Assembly (NCBI GenBank): GCA_017461545.1
Contig: JAFTXP010000003.1
Coordinates: 15,549 to 79,548 of the forward strand
Direction: 5' to 3'
DNA length: 64,000 nt
From: Clostridia bacterium
GTDB lineage: Bacteria; Bacillota; Clostridia; UBA1212
The notes beneath the pieces are model-generated. The model did no database searches and was not told the DNA's origin. It saw only the letters and a program-made list of their open reading frames with translations. Positions within the stretch are counted from its first letter, which is position 1. Each line of letters opens with the position of its first letter. The translations under genes and the position numbers were made by a program. This document shows positions 39,461 to 50,636 of this stretch, one piece after another.

Positions 39461-39624
39461 TCCCAAACCCTCTTTCAATAATTCACTTTTAAATTATATT
39501 GCCGATTTGATGAGATGTCAACAAACTTGATAACACTTCACATGATATGTTATCATATATATAAGTTATTTAATAGAATTGCTGGTTATTTTTCTGTAGG
39601 AAATATTGAAAGCAGAGGTTTAAT

Positions 39625-40611
39625 ATGAGACCGATAAAAGATATTTTTACCGAAGAGTATTGGGATGTTTTATACAGAAGCGTTGAGTCTCCCCAAAAGG
39701 GTATTTTCGGCGGATGCAAAGGTAAATTCCGATGTGTGGGCTCGGGCTTGAGATATTGGTATGCCGACCCGTTTCTTTTTGAGGATAAGGGCGAATTGTA
39801 TCTTTTTGCCGAGTTTTTTGACAATAAAGCTGAAATTGGCAGAATCGGATGCCTTAAATACAAAAACGGCAAATTTACCGAACCGACTGTTGTTATATCA
39901 GAAAATTTTCACATGTCATATCCGTATGTCTTTAAGCGTGACGGAATAATATATATGATGCCGGAGACATGTCTCAGCAGAAAGCTTCAGCTTTACAAAG
40001 CGATTGAATTTCCTTACAAGTGGGAGCAGTGCCGTACGATATTTGACGGTGTAGAATATGTTGACTCGGTTATTTACAAAGATTTCATCATTTCAAACAA
40101 AAGATACTGGCCCGAGGATTCTTTGAGTGTTGATCTTAATATATACGATTTTGAGACGGGACAGCCTCACAGAATGAATCCTATTGCGGTAAAAAGTTAC
40201 TGTGACAGAGGCGCAGGTGCTGTCTTTGAAATGAACGGCGAACCTGTAAGACCGGTGCAGAATTCTGTAGGCAAGGTTTACGGAAAGAGCATTGTTTTTA
40301 AGAAGATAAAGAAGCTTGATATTGATAATTTCGAACAGGAAGAGTTTTTCACATTTTCCCACGACATGATAAATTATGACAAGTCTCAACAGCCGGGGGG
40401 AACTCATACGTATGCTTTCTTAAACGGCATGGAGATTGTGGATGTAAAGCTGAAACGGTTCAATCCGAAACGTATTTTCTGGATTCTCCTGAGAAGGCTT
40501 AAAGGCGAGAACAGCGCGGCTAAAATGACCGATGAAGAATGGCGGAAGTTTAACGAAATGAAGGCCAAAGAAAAGGCTGAAAAGATAAGTGCAGATAACA
40601 AAATTTCTTAA
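39625..40611 (+). CDS. Beta-propeller protein of the glucosamine inositolphosphorylceramide transferase N-terminal (GH43-like) family
   Basis: YADPFLF, HMSYPYVF, MMPE, RGAG, RPVQ..YG and HT motifs. Confidence 0.7.
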   Translation: MRPIKDIFTEEYWDVLYRSVESPQKGIFGGCKGKFRCVGSGLRYWYADPFLFEDKGELYLFAEFFDNKAEIGRIGCLKYKNGKFTEPTVVISENFHMSYPYVFKRDGIIYMMPETCLSRKLQLYKAIEFPYKWEQCRTIFDGVEYVDSVIYKDFIISNKRYWPEDSLSVDLNIYDFETGQPHRMNPIAVKSYCDRGAGAVFEMNGEPVRPVQNSVGKVYGKSIVFKKIKKLDIDNFEQEEFFTFSHDMINYDKSQQPGGTHTYAFLNGMEIVDVKLKRFNPKRIFWILLRRLKGENSAAKMTDEEWRKFNEMKAKEKAEKISADNKIS

Positions 40612-40614
40612 CAA

Positions 40615-40671
40615 AAATTCTCAAATCAAATGCAGCCTTTATCTCAGAGGCTGTATTTGATTTGAGAATTT
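40615..40671 (+). terminator. Long stem-loop downstream of the beta-propeller gene
   Basis: AAATTCTCAAATCAAATGCAGCCT...AGGCTGTATTTGATTTGAGAATTT. Confidence 0.65.
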
Positions 40672-40874
40672 ACCAAAAGATGAAACGGCATATAATTCAA
40701 GATGTTGAGTAGTAAACGATTTTGGTTATATAATAACAGCCTTGCTTTGTTAAAGCAGAGCAGGGCTGCCCAAAGGGAGACACTTCGTAAGGAAGTTGTC
40801 TCCCTTTGGCTTTTGTAATCAGCCAGAATGATTGAATTGTAAGGATAATTCAATTCATAACGGAGGATTACACA

Positions 40875-41177
40875 ATGGCAAACTTTATTGAAGAATTTTT
40901 CTACGGCAATATTGAGCCGCAAGCGAGAAGCAGGAAACAAAGCAAGGCTGTTCAAAAGCAAATGGAAATCTTGATGACAAACGAGGATTTGTTGACGGCG
41001 GCTTTGACCGATGATAACAAAAAGATGTTTCTTGACTATGTGAACGCTTGGGGCGTTGTAAACGGCGAATCAATATTAGACAGTTTCATAATGGGTTTTC
41101 GGTTGGGTGCGAAATTCACATACGACACCTTTATCGGAACGGATACTCCGTTCGAGGATCTCTTGAAGGAGCGATGA
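40875..41177 (+). CDS. Small conserved mobile-element protein (DUF6809-like)
   Basis: IEEFFYGNIEP...F..GFRLGA pattern; GGAGG RBS. Confidence 0.75.
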   Translation: MANFIEEFFYGNIEPQARSRKQSKAVQKQMEILMTNEDLLTAALTDDNKKMFLDYVNAWGVVNGESILDSFIMGFRLGAKFTYDTFIGTDTPFEDLLKER

Positions 41178-41179
41178 TA

Positions 41180-41359
41180 ATGAAGAAGTATTACATAGTA
41201 TTTGATGAATACGAAAAAGGAATTATCATCAACTCTCTTAATGACAAACGGAACGCTCTCATAAAAGAAGGGCGATATACCGATGCAGTTGACGAAGTTC
41301 TGCTGAAAGTCATAAACGCAAAGCAAAAGAGATTTAAGATTAGATATACGGAGGATTAA
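41180..41359 (+). CDS. Small hypothetical protein common in Clostridial mobile elements
   Basis: MKKYYIVFDEYE..IINSL...RN.LI.EGRYTDAVDE; AAGGAG RBS. Confidence 0.7.
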   Translation: MKKYYIVFDEYEKGIIINSLNDKRNALIKEGRYTDAVDEVLLKVINAKQKRFKIRYTED

Positions 41360-41363
41360 GATT

Positions 41364-41735
41364 ATGAAAAAGACTATATTTGAGCAAATGGGCGGCACAT
41401 ATACAAAAGTTGGTGATTATTACTTACCTAACCTTTTGCTCGCTGAAAAAGGAACAGAAATCGGCTTGTGGGGGCAGCGGCACCTACGGTACATTAAGCA
41501 GCACAGAAAAGTGTTATATACCAATCTGCTGACAAGCGGCAAGCTGAACGGCTATCTCTCTGACATTGACAAGCAAGCCGAGGATATGTTTTTTCGGCTC
41601 GTAAAGCAGATAGCAGAGCGTGAGGGCGTGACGGAACAACTCAAAGCGAACAACCAAATGGAATGGGTTGCCCATATGAACAACATCCGTAGCAGAGTCA
41701 CGGAAATCGTAACCCACGATATTATTTTCAACTAA
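41364..41735 (+). CDS. tnpV: Transposon-encoded TnpV protein
   Basis: FEQMGGTY..VGDYYLPNL, IG.WG.RH, GVTEQLKA..QMEWV..MNNIR. Confidence 0.9.
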   Translation: MKKTIFEQMGGTYTKVGDYYLPNLLLAEKGTEIGLWGQRHLRYIKQHRKVLYTNLLTSGKLNGYLSDIDKQAEDMFFRLVKQIAEREGVTEQLKANNQMEWVAHMNNIRSRVTEIVTHDIIFN

Positions 41736-41744
41736 CTGAAGCAC

Positions 41745-41773
41745 GGCGGCAGCGAGATTAACTCTCTGCCGTC
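41745..41773 (+). terminator. Stem-loop after tnpV
   Basis: GGCGGCAG...CTGCCGTC followed by T-rich sequence. Confidence 0.5.
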
Positions 41774-41824
41774 CTTCTATTTGTAAATTTTTTCGGACAA
41801 ATTACTGCAATTATCAGAAAAGCA

Positions 41825-41853
41825 TTGCAAAAAGCAAGGTTTTATGATAAAAT
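41825..41853 (+). promoter_or_regulatory. Sigma-A-like promoter of the tetR-surface protein operon
   Basis: TTGCAA-17 nt-TAAAAT with extended TG. Confidence 0.6.
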
Positions 41854-41907
41854 TGCATTAGTGCAAAAACAAAAACGTGTGCAAACTGTGGTTACAGGAG
41901 GTGCCAA

Positions 41908-42648
41908 GTGGCTGGGAAACGAGTTAAAACAACGAAATATGAGATCATTCAGGTAGCGTCCGAGTTCTTTATGAGTGTTGGCTATTCTGCAACCTCACCG
42001 AAAATGATCGCAAATGAATTGAATATAAGTACGGGCAATATTACCTACTATTTCCCCACAAAAGACCATCTGCTATTAGAAATAGTCAAGATGCTATGTG
42101 ATTATCAGTGGGAGCTGATAACAGAGAAGACCGGCAATAACGGAGGGAACATTTCTTCTATCTGCCTTGAAATGATGACAGTCGTTTCCGGCTGTGCCGA
42201 GAGTGATATTGCAAGAGATTTCTTTACTGCGGTGTTCCAAAGCGAAATGTGTCGCAACTATTTGCGCAGGAATCATGAGGAACGTGCAAAGAAGATTTTT
42301 GCAAAGGAATGTGCCGATTGGACGGACGAGCAATTTACAGAGGCGGAATTGCTTGTTATGGGGCTTCAATACACAAGTGTTGTTGCAACGGATGCCAAGG
42401 TTTCTGCCGAAAGAAAAGCATTGCGAGCACTTGAACATATCCTTGGCATCTATAACGTGGATAAGGAAGCTCGTAAAGCAGAAATCGAAAAGGTTGTTTC
42501 GTCTGACTACCGGGAAATGGGAAAACCTATGCTTCGGCAGTTCATCAAGTATGTTGAAGATACGAATATACAGACACTGGAAAATATGTTGCGAGGAAAT
42601 CGCAGAAACAAAATAACCGGTACTTCAGTATTGGAGGTTTCAATATGA
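41908..42648 (+). CDS. TetR/AcrR family transcriptional regulator
   Basis: N-terminal HTH: F...GY.ATS...IA..L.IS.GNI.YYFPTK. Confidence 0.88.
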   Translation: MAGKRVKTTKYEIIQVASEFFMSVGYSATSPKMIANELNISTGNITYYFPTKDHLLLEIVKMLCDYQWELITEKTGNNGGNISSICLEMMTVVSGCAESDIARDFFTAVFQSEMCRNYLRRNHEERAKKIFAKECADWTDEQFTEAELLVMGLQYTSVVATDAKVSAERKALRALEHILGIYNVDKEARKAEIEKVVSSDYREMGKPMLRQFIKYVEDTNIQTLENMLRGNRRNKITGTSVLEVSI

Positions 42649-45600
42649 ATAAGAAGTCCTTTGTGAAAAGAATTCTGGCTGTGGCCTTGAGCTTGATTAT
42701 GGTACTGGGTTTGATGCCAATGACGGTATTTGCCGATGGGACATACACGTTTACACCGACAACGCAGTCGGGAAACAATACAAGCACCATACAGTATTCT
42801 ATGACTGATGAAAATGCAGGTGACTTCACCCTTACCCAGAATAACCAACGGATAGAGCTGGTGCTTATGCTCGACGAGGGCTGGTATTTTGAAAAATGGG
42901 ATACGTATTTTGACGGTTATGAGGATGTAGCGATTCTAACAGACCCCAAGATCGAGGGGGTCAACCCTAAACCCGATAACGGTAGCTACACCTTTTTTAA
43001 TCAAGGTGGAGATGACCCCATTTACGATGAGGAAGGCCCCTCTAACAACAGTTACTACAGCGGGACCAGAGTTGAAAATTGGGCGAAAGACATATATGTC
43101 CTAATCCATACGCCCTATTACGGTCGCCACACCATCACCGCCGTTTTAAAGCCGATCTTAACCGTGAACGCAGGCGATGGTATTGACTATCAGATAGCCA
43201 CAAACAGCCCCTCGTACAGATATTTGGCAGAAAACCAAGCTGCTGTAAAATACGGCGATAATGCAACCGTTACCTACAGCGTTGACAATAAGTACGTTGT
43301 GACGGGCGTGAGCGCTAACTATAACACCAATTATTCCGAGAACGGAACAGTCGTCACGGTAAACTCTATTAAAAAACCGGCTACCGTCACCATTCGAACA
43401 AGACTAAAACAGCACAACATTGTTTTCGATGCAAACGGTGGCGAAGGTACAATGGCCCAGCAGAGTTATTCCTACGGCGAAGCACAGGCGTTAACTGCTA
43501 ACAGCTTTACAAGAAGTGATTATACATTTGCAGGATGGAATACAAAGTCGGACGGTTCTGGCACAGCTTATACCGACAAACAATCTATCACCTTTACCCC
43601 TGCAAATGACGGCGACAGCATTACTCTGTATGCCCAGTGGGAACGGAGCAATTACACCGTAAGTTTTGATGCCAATGGCGGCACGAATACAATGGATGCG
43701 GTCAAAGTAGATAGGAACAGCGAATATACTCTGCCTGTAAACGGCTTTACTGCGCCAAGCGCATATCAGTTTAAGGGCTGGGCAACCTCGGCAAACGGTG
43801 ATGTTATCTCCGCCGAGACGATAACCGTAACTGCCGACACCACCCTTTACGCCATTTGGGAAAAGATCCCCGCAGAGGCACCCATCGTGCAGATCAGTGG
43901 TAATTTGGAACTCATCTATGGTGAATTTACGAATCAGAAAATCACCGTTACCGTTGAGGAAAAGGAAGGCTATGCCTATTCGTACTACTGGGTAGATCTC
44001 GCCTCTGAAAATTTTGATGAGGTGGTTGCAACAACCGATACTTTTAACATTCCCGATAATATGAGCGTGGGCGATCACTTCTATGACTGTGCCGTTATCG
44101 CAACGCGCGAAGACAACGGTGAATCCAGTTCGACCATCATTCGGGATATATATGTCGGGATCAAGCCAAAGGAGATCGACAATAATGGTGCCGATGTTAC
44201 CTTGAGCAAAACTGAGTTTACCTATAACGGAGAAGATCAAAAACCTGATGTTGCCATAACCTATAAGGGCAAACCCTTGACCGAGGGCACCGATTACACG
44301 ATTAGTTGGCCGGCTGATTGCAAAAATGCGGGTCTTAAGACCATAACGGTAAACTTTATGGGCAACTACAGCGGTAGTGTACAAAAGACCTTTACCATCG
44401 AAAAAGCCACCCCTGTGATCGGAACGGTGAGCGTTGATGGCGTAGTGAATGATACAACGAAGCCTTACGATGTCGTGCTTACCCGCACCGATTTGACCAT
44501 TGACGGTAAGCTGGAGCTGGATATGGCAGACGATGATGCAATGCTCGCAAACAAGTCTGCTTACAACTGGGTATTTACACCGACCGATACCGCTAACTAC
44601 AACGTAATTAAAGGTAGCGTGCAGATTGATGTGCTTGATACCGTAGTACCTAACGGCACTATCAAGGTAGATACCAACGAGTGGAAGCAAATTATCAACA
44701 ACATTACCTTCGGCTTGTTCTTCAAGGAAACGCAGGAAGTGACCATCACCGCAGCCGATAACGAAAACGGCAGCGGAATCAAGGACATTCTCTACTTCGT
44801 TTCGGATAAGGAACTGAGTGACGACGACCTTGCAGCCGCAGAGTGGAAATCCTATACCGAAGCCTTTGACATTGAGCCAGACGGCAAGTTTGTGGTCTAC
44901 GCAAAGATTACCGATAACGACGGCAACGCAGTTATTATTAACTCGGACGGCGTGGTGGTTGACGAAACCGCAGCAGTAGTCAGCGGCATTACCGATGGCG
45001 AGACCTATTATGGTCAGCTTGTGTTTACCGCTACAGACGCTCTTGCCGGTATTAAGTCGGTTGAAATCGACGGCATTGACAAGACCCATTTTGAAGGTCA
45101 GTATGTTATCAACGCCGACAATGCCGAGCACACGGTTGTCGTTACCGATAATGCAGGAAACGTGACTGAGTATAAAGTGACGGTTTACAAGAATTACACC
45201 GTGATTTACAAGGCGAACGGCGAAACGGTTGCAGAAATCACGGTTGGCCATGGTGAGAATGCCGCCTTCCCGAAGGTTCCGCCGAAAGACGGTTACGTTG
45301 GCAAGTGGGATCGGAACAATGAGAATATCACTTCCGACACGGTTATCAATGCGGTCTACACCGAGATTCCGGTTGTGAAACCCGATGAAGTTAAGCCGGG
45401 GGATAAGGCAGATCTTGAAGATACCAAAAAGCAGCTTGAAGATATGCTGGATGATGATTCCTACACCGAGGACGACAAGAAGGACATCCAAGATGCCATT
45501 GACAACATCGACGATGCTCTTGCAGAGCTGAATAAGCCTGTAACAAATCCCGACAGCCCTCAAACCGGCGATAACAGCCAAATAGCACTGTGGATCACAC

Positions 45601-45674
45601 TCCTCTTCATCAGCGGCGGCGCAGTAATCACTCTGACCGTCTATGACAGAAAGAGAAGAACGGCAAACAGATAA
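42645..45674 (+). CDS. Sortase-anchored surface protein with InlB B-repeat (Listeria-Bacteroides) and Ig/MBG-like domains
   Basis: Signal peptide; two FDANGG..G.M...F.GW repeats; TYNG..QKP...GTDY module; C-terminal SPQTG + TM + basic tail. Confidence 0.88.
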   Translation: MNKKSFVKRILAVALSLIMVLGLMPMTVFADGTYTFTPTTQSGNNTSTIQYSMTDENAGDFTLTQNNQRIELVLMLDEGWYFEKWDTYFDGYEDVAILTDPKIEGVNPKPDNGSYTFFNQGGDDPIYDEEGPSNNSYYSGTRVENWAKDIYVLIHTPYYGRHTITAVLKPILTVNAGDGIDYQIATNSPSYRYLAENQAAVKYGDNATVTYSVDNKYVVTGVSANYNTNYSENGTVVTVNSIKKPATVTIRTRLKQHNIVFDANGGEGTMAQQSYSYGEAQALTANSFTRSDYTFAGWNTKSDGSGTAYTDKQSITFTPANDGDSITLYAQWERSNYTVSFDANGGTNTMDAVKVDRNSEYTLPVNGFTAPSAYQFKGWATSANGDVISAETITVTADTTLYAIWEKIPAEAPIVQISGNLELIYGEFTNQKITVTVEEKEGYAYSYYWVDLASENFDEVVATTDTFNIPDNMSVGDHFYDCAVIATREDNGESSSTIIRDIYVGIKPKEIDNNGADVTLSKTEFTYNGEDQKPDVAITYKGKPLTEGTDYTISWPADCKNAGLKTITVNFMGNYSGSVQKTFTIEKATPVIGTVSVDGVVNDTTKPYDVVLTRTDLTIDGKLELDMADDDAMLANKSAYNWVFTPTDTANYNVIKGSVQIDVLDTVVPNGTIKVDTNEWKQIINNITFGLFFKETQEVTITAADNENGSGIKDILYFVSDKELSDDDLAAAEWKSYTEAFDIEPDGKFVVYAKITDNDGNAVIINSDGVVVDETAAVVSGITDGETYYGQLVFTATDALAGIKSVEIDGIDKTHFEGQYVINADNAEHTVVVTDNAGNVTEYKVTVYKNYTVIYKANGETVAEITVGHGENAAFPKVPPKDGYVGKWDRNNENITSDTVINAVYTEIPVVKPDEVKPGDKADLEDTKKQLEDMLDDDSYTEDDKKDIQDAIDNIDDALAELNKPVTNPDSPQTGDNSQIALWITLLFISGGAVITLTVYDRKRRTANR

Positions 45675-45690
45675 ACAATCGACTCAACCC

Positions 45691-45722
45691 AAAGGGTGGC
45701 AGACCGAAATCTGCCGCCCTTT
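45691..45722 (+). terminator. Terminator of the surface-protein gene
   Basis: AAAGGGTGGCAGA...TCTGCCGCCCTTT followed by ATTT. Confidence 0.65.
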
Positions 45723-45789
45723 ATTTGTGCCTAAACTAAATAGTATTCCCATAAATTATGACAAATATTCAAAACCGTCACTAAAACCA

Positions 45790-45819
45790 TTGACAAACGT
45801 TAGTTCGATAGTATATAAT
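45790..45819 (+). promoter_or_regulatory. Consensus sigma-A promoter
   Basis: TTGACA-18 nt-TATAAT. Confidence 0.7.
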
Positions 45820-45825
45820 AAAATT

Positions 45826-46073
45826 CCTCTTATGAGGGACTACAACTGAATACGATGTAAGATTGAGATGTGGCAAAGCCACCCAACGCCGACGGTATGC
45901 TAAGAGAAAATACCGTCACCCACCACTCTATGCGTTTTGGTACTGTTAGCGAGTGTATGGGTGCGATAACAGTCCCGTCTTTGAATTTCAAAGCCGTTAC
46001 ATAGAACATCATTTTGAAGCGAGAGTAACGCTCCCGCCGATTTTTGATGTCTGTGTAGCGGCTTTTTTGTTTT
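45826..46073 (+). ncRNA. Candidate structured ncRNA / long leader RNA
   Basis: Promoter upstream. Nested stems GGGACT/AGTCCC, GTGGC/GCCAC, GACGGTAT/ATACCGTC and CACCCACCACTC/GAGTGTATGGGTG, then a long G-U-containing terminal hairpin and T tract. No credible ORF. Confidence 0.55.
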
Positions 46074-46370
46074 GTCCTTTTTCGGCTTCAGAAAAAGTTT
46101 ACAAAAATAATTTGTCCAAAATCCGAAAAAAGTCAGCAATTAAATATTAGAGAAAATTTTTGCGAAAAGATTGGATTTTTTGCCCTTCTCGCTGCCTACT
46201 TATTGAGGGGTAAATAAAGCCGCTTGTACTTAACAACAGAATGACCGTCTGAATGGGATACGATTTTGCGATGATATGAGCGAAACAACGCCGCTGAAAA
46301 GCAGGGGCAGGAACGACATTTGGGTAGAACGGCAAAACCCAAAGACACCAGCCGAAAGGAGTGATTAAAA

Positions 46371-46736
46371 ATGCAGATGACCAAAGGTGAACGACTTGTA
46401 GCCGAAATGCTCGGAGATATACCGCAGACGGGGATGCCCGTGCTGACCGAGGAACACCCTTTTCTTCGGAAAGTAATTGCCTTTATGAAAACGAGGAAGG
46501 AATGGCTCGGTACGGCTACCGATCTGCTGAACGCTATTGGAGATAACTATACCCCGCCCAACACCCTCACCAAACTGTTGCGGAAATATGATTATCAATA
46601 TCTATACAAGGAAAAAGGAATTGATGTGTCCTTCCGCCGTACCAACCGTAAAAGGCTCATAGGGTTATGCAACAGATTTTATTCCCGTAATGACAGTTCC
46701 GTGTACGGTAGCGGTGACGGTTGTTTTCAGAGATAG
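46371..46736 (+). CDS. Hypothetical protein resembling the C-terminal winged-helix part of mobile-element AAA/RepA-like proteins
   Basis: AAGGAG RBS; W.GTATDLL...PNTL.KLL pattern. Confidence 0.55.
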   Translation: MQMTKGERLVAEMLGDIPQTGMPVLTEEHPFLRKVIAFMKTRKEWLGTATDLLNAIGDNYTPPNTLTKLLRKYDYQYLYKEKGIDVSFRRTNRKRLIGLCNRFYSRNDSSVYGSGDGCFQR

Positions 46737-46757
46737 GAGTAATCAAAAGAGAAAGCC

Positions 46758-46860
46758 CTATGCCTGTCCACAGGTATAGCGAGCATCGGATTTTGACACC
46801 AAAATCCAATCCACACCCTAAAGGGATGTGGACTATACTCAGGGGACACCCCCTGAATAC
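46758..46860. other. Putative oriT region
   Basis: Four adjacent inverted repeats directly upstream of mobC (e.g. GGATTTTG/CAAAATCC, TCCACA.CCCT/AGGG.TGTGGA, TCAGGGG/CCCCTGA). Confidence 0.45.
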
Positions 46861-46884
46861 CCCTAATACAAAGGAGATGATTTT

Positions 46885-47172
46885 ATGAAAGATAAGGATA
46901 CTGTTCGCATTTCAGTACGGCTATCCGAAGAAGAAAAAGAACTTTTGGAACGCTCGGCAAAGCTGTGCGGACTATCCCAATCGGAATTTGTACGGCAGCT
47001 TTGCAAAGGTAAAACACCGAAGCCGCAACCGTCAAAGGAGTTTTGGAAACTGCTTGAAGCACTCTACGATGTTCACAAAGGCTTTAAGGAGTGTGCAAAG
47101 TATGAGCCTTCCGCATTGAATGTCTGTAAGGAAATTGAGTGCCTTATCCTCGATTTACAGGAGGTGGGATAA
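46885..47172 (+). CDS. mobC: MobC-like ribbon-helix-helix mobilization protein
   Basis: ISVRLSEEE..L...A..CGLS.SEFVR RHH pattern, immediately upstream of the relaxase. Confidence 0.8.
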   Translation: MKDKDTVRISVRLSEEEKELLERSAKLCGLSQSEFVRQLCKGKTPKPQPSKEFWKLLEALYDVHKGFKECAKYEPSALNVCKEIECLILDLQEVG

Positions 47173-48534
47173 ATGGCAACTACAAGTTTATGGCATATTG
47201 AAGGTCGGTTAAAAGACCTTATTGCCTATGTAGAAAATCCCGAAAAGACGGTAGCGAATAATCCGAGCTTACAACCGCTATGGGAAGTAATGTCTTACGT
47301 CAGCCGCCCCGAAGCTACCGAGCAAGGCGAATATGTTTCCACTATAAACTGCTTGAAGGAGATCGCCTTGCAGCAGATGATCCTAACGAAAAAACAGTAC
47401 GGCAAAGAAAATGGATATATCGCTTGGCACGGTTATCAGAGCTTTAAGCCGGATGAGGTTACGGCAAAAGAAGCACACGAAATCGGTATGCAGACCGCAA
47501 GAGAAATGTGGGGTGATCGGTATCAAATCATTGTTACCACCCACCTTGACAAAGACCATCTGCACAATCATTTCTGCTTTAATTCCGTGTCCTTTATTGA
47601 CGGTAAAAAGTATGACTATTCCAAGACAGAGCAACGAAAACTCCGTAGCGTATCTGACCGTATTTGTGCCGAGCACGGCTTATCGGTAATAAAGAATCCG
47701 CATAAAGCACCATCACGGCAAGTATGGCTCGACGAGAAAAGCGGTAAGCCTACCCGATACAATGTGTACCGTGAGGATGTTAGAGAAGCCATTGATTACA
47801 GCCGCACGCCCTACTATATGGAGGACTACCTACGGCGAAAAGGATATATTACCGACTTTACGGGAAAGCATTGGAAAATCAAATTGCCGCAGTATAAACA
47901 CTTTACCCGCCTTGATACCCTTAATGAAAAATGGACACCCGAAAATATCCGTTACTCTATGGGCAGATACGCTTCTTTTGGTAATCGCAGAGCGTATATC
48001 TCATATCCGAAAGATATGCCACAGGACTTGAAGGATTGGTTTCAGCCGTTTCGCAGGACAAGCCATATTTACCGCTTGTATCTGCACTACTGCTATCTGC
48101 TTGGCTACTTGCCAAAAAATACAGATTACAAGCCGACAAGTCCCTATCTCAAAGAGGACTTAAAAAAGCTCGAAGAAATCTCCGAGCAAGTACGGTATAT
48201 GAGCAAATACGGCATTGAAACCTTTGACGATCTGTATGCAGACCGAGCAAAGATTGAAAGTGATATGGATAGGCTGATTGAAGTCCGTACCAAATTGCAA
48301 AACAAAATCCGCAGAGCAACACCCGCCGAAAAAGAACGCCTACGAGAAGAAAAGGCGGGCGTTACGGCTCGGATAACTGAACTGCGGAAACAACTGAAAA
48401 TGAACAAAGGCATTGAGGAACGTTCCGTTAAGATCCAAGAGAAAACAGATATGTTCTTCGCCAACGAAATTGCGGCAAAACAAGCCGAACAACAACGAAT
48501 CAGAGAAAGACAGAGAGGAGGTTGGGAACGATGA
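47173..48534 (+). CDS. Relaxase/mobilization nuclease (MOB_P / VirD2-like)
   Basis: MATTSLW, YV.NPEKT, HGYQSF, THLDKDHLHNHF.FNSVS (3H motif). Confidence 0.92.
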   Translation: MATTSLWHIEGRLKDLIAYVENPEKTVANNPSLQPLWEVMSYVSRPEATEQGEYVSTINCLKEIALQQMILTKKQYGKENGYIAWHGYQSFKPDEVTAKEAHEIGMQTAREMWGDRYQIIVTTHLDKDHLHNHFCFNSVSFIDGKKYDYSKTEQRKLRSVSDRICAEHGLSVIKNPHKAPSRQVWLDEKSGKPTRYNVYREDVREAIDYSRTPYYMEDYLRRKGYITDFTGKHWKIKLPQYKHFTRLDTLNEKWTPENIRYSMGRYASFGNRRAYISYPKDMPQDLKDWFQPFRRTSHIYRLYLHYCYLLGYLPKNTDYKPTSPYLKEDLKKLEEISEQVRYMSKYGIETFDDLYADRAKIESDMDRLIEVRTKLQNKIRRATPAEKERLREEKAGVTARITELRKQLKMNKGIEERSVKIQEKTDMFFANEIAAKQAEQQRIRERQRGGWER

Positions 48535-48770
48535 CAAATACCGATAGAAACGATGATATTTACAAGGTCATAGATGAAATTACAGATTACCTTGCAACGC
48601 TTACCAAAGAGGAACGTATTGTTTGGTTTAAGAGGAATATGTACCTTGAACCGCTGAACTTCGTAAAGGAGATTGACGGTACTCTTTATGCGGTCAGAAC
48701 TTTCTTTAAGGAAGATGCAAAGGAAAACATCACCGAAAAGGTTGAACGCATAATTTTGAAAAAACAATGA
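48531..48770 (+). CDS. tnpW: Transposon-encoded TnpW family protein
   Basis: KEIDGT.Y.V..FF...AKE....KV.RII pattern, directly upstream of the recombinase. Confidence 0.65.
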   Translation: MTNTDRNDDIYKVIDEITDYLATLTKEERIVWFKRNMYLEPLNFVKEIDGTLYAVRTFFKEDAKENITEKVERIILKKQ

Positions 48771-48798
48771 AAAACTTTCGATTTACCGCATTAAAGTG

Positions 48799-50543
<1,745 letters not shown>

Positions 50544-50636
50544 CCAATGGCTACACCGCTTAACGAAATCAATTATTCAGTTTAGATACAAGAGCCACCC
50601 ATTGGGGCACCTTCCTTACGGAGGGTGCCCCAAGGT

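Noticed and set aside
43491-45581. 696-aa ORF on the minus strand
   Set aside because: It is the antisense shadow of the surface-protein gene, has no recognisable motifs, and is explained by codon bias of the real gene.
45953-46150. 65-aa ORF overlapping the ncRNA candidate (leader peptide or toxin)
   Set aside because: It has no convincing RBS or recognisable motif and runs through a terminator-like hairpin. It cannot be fully excluded.
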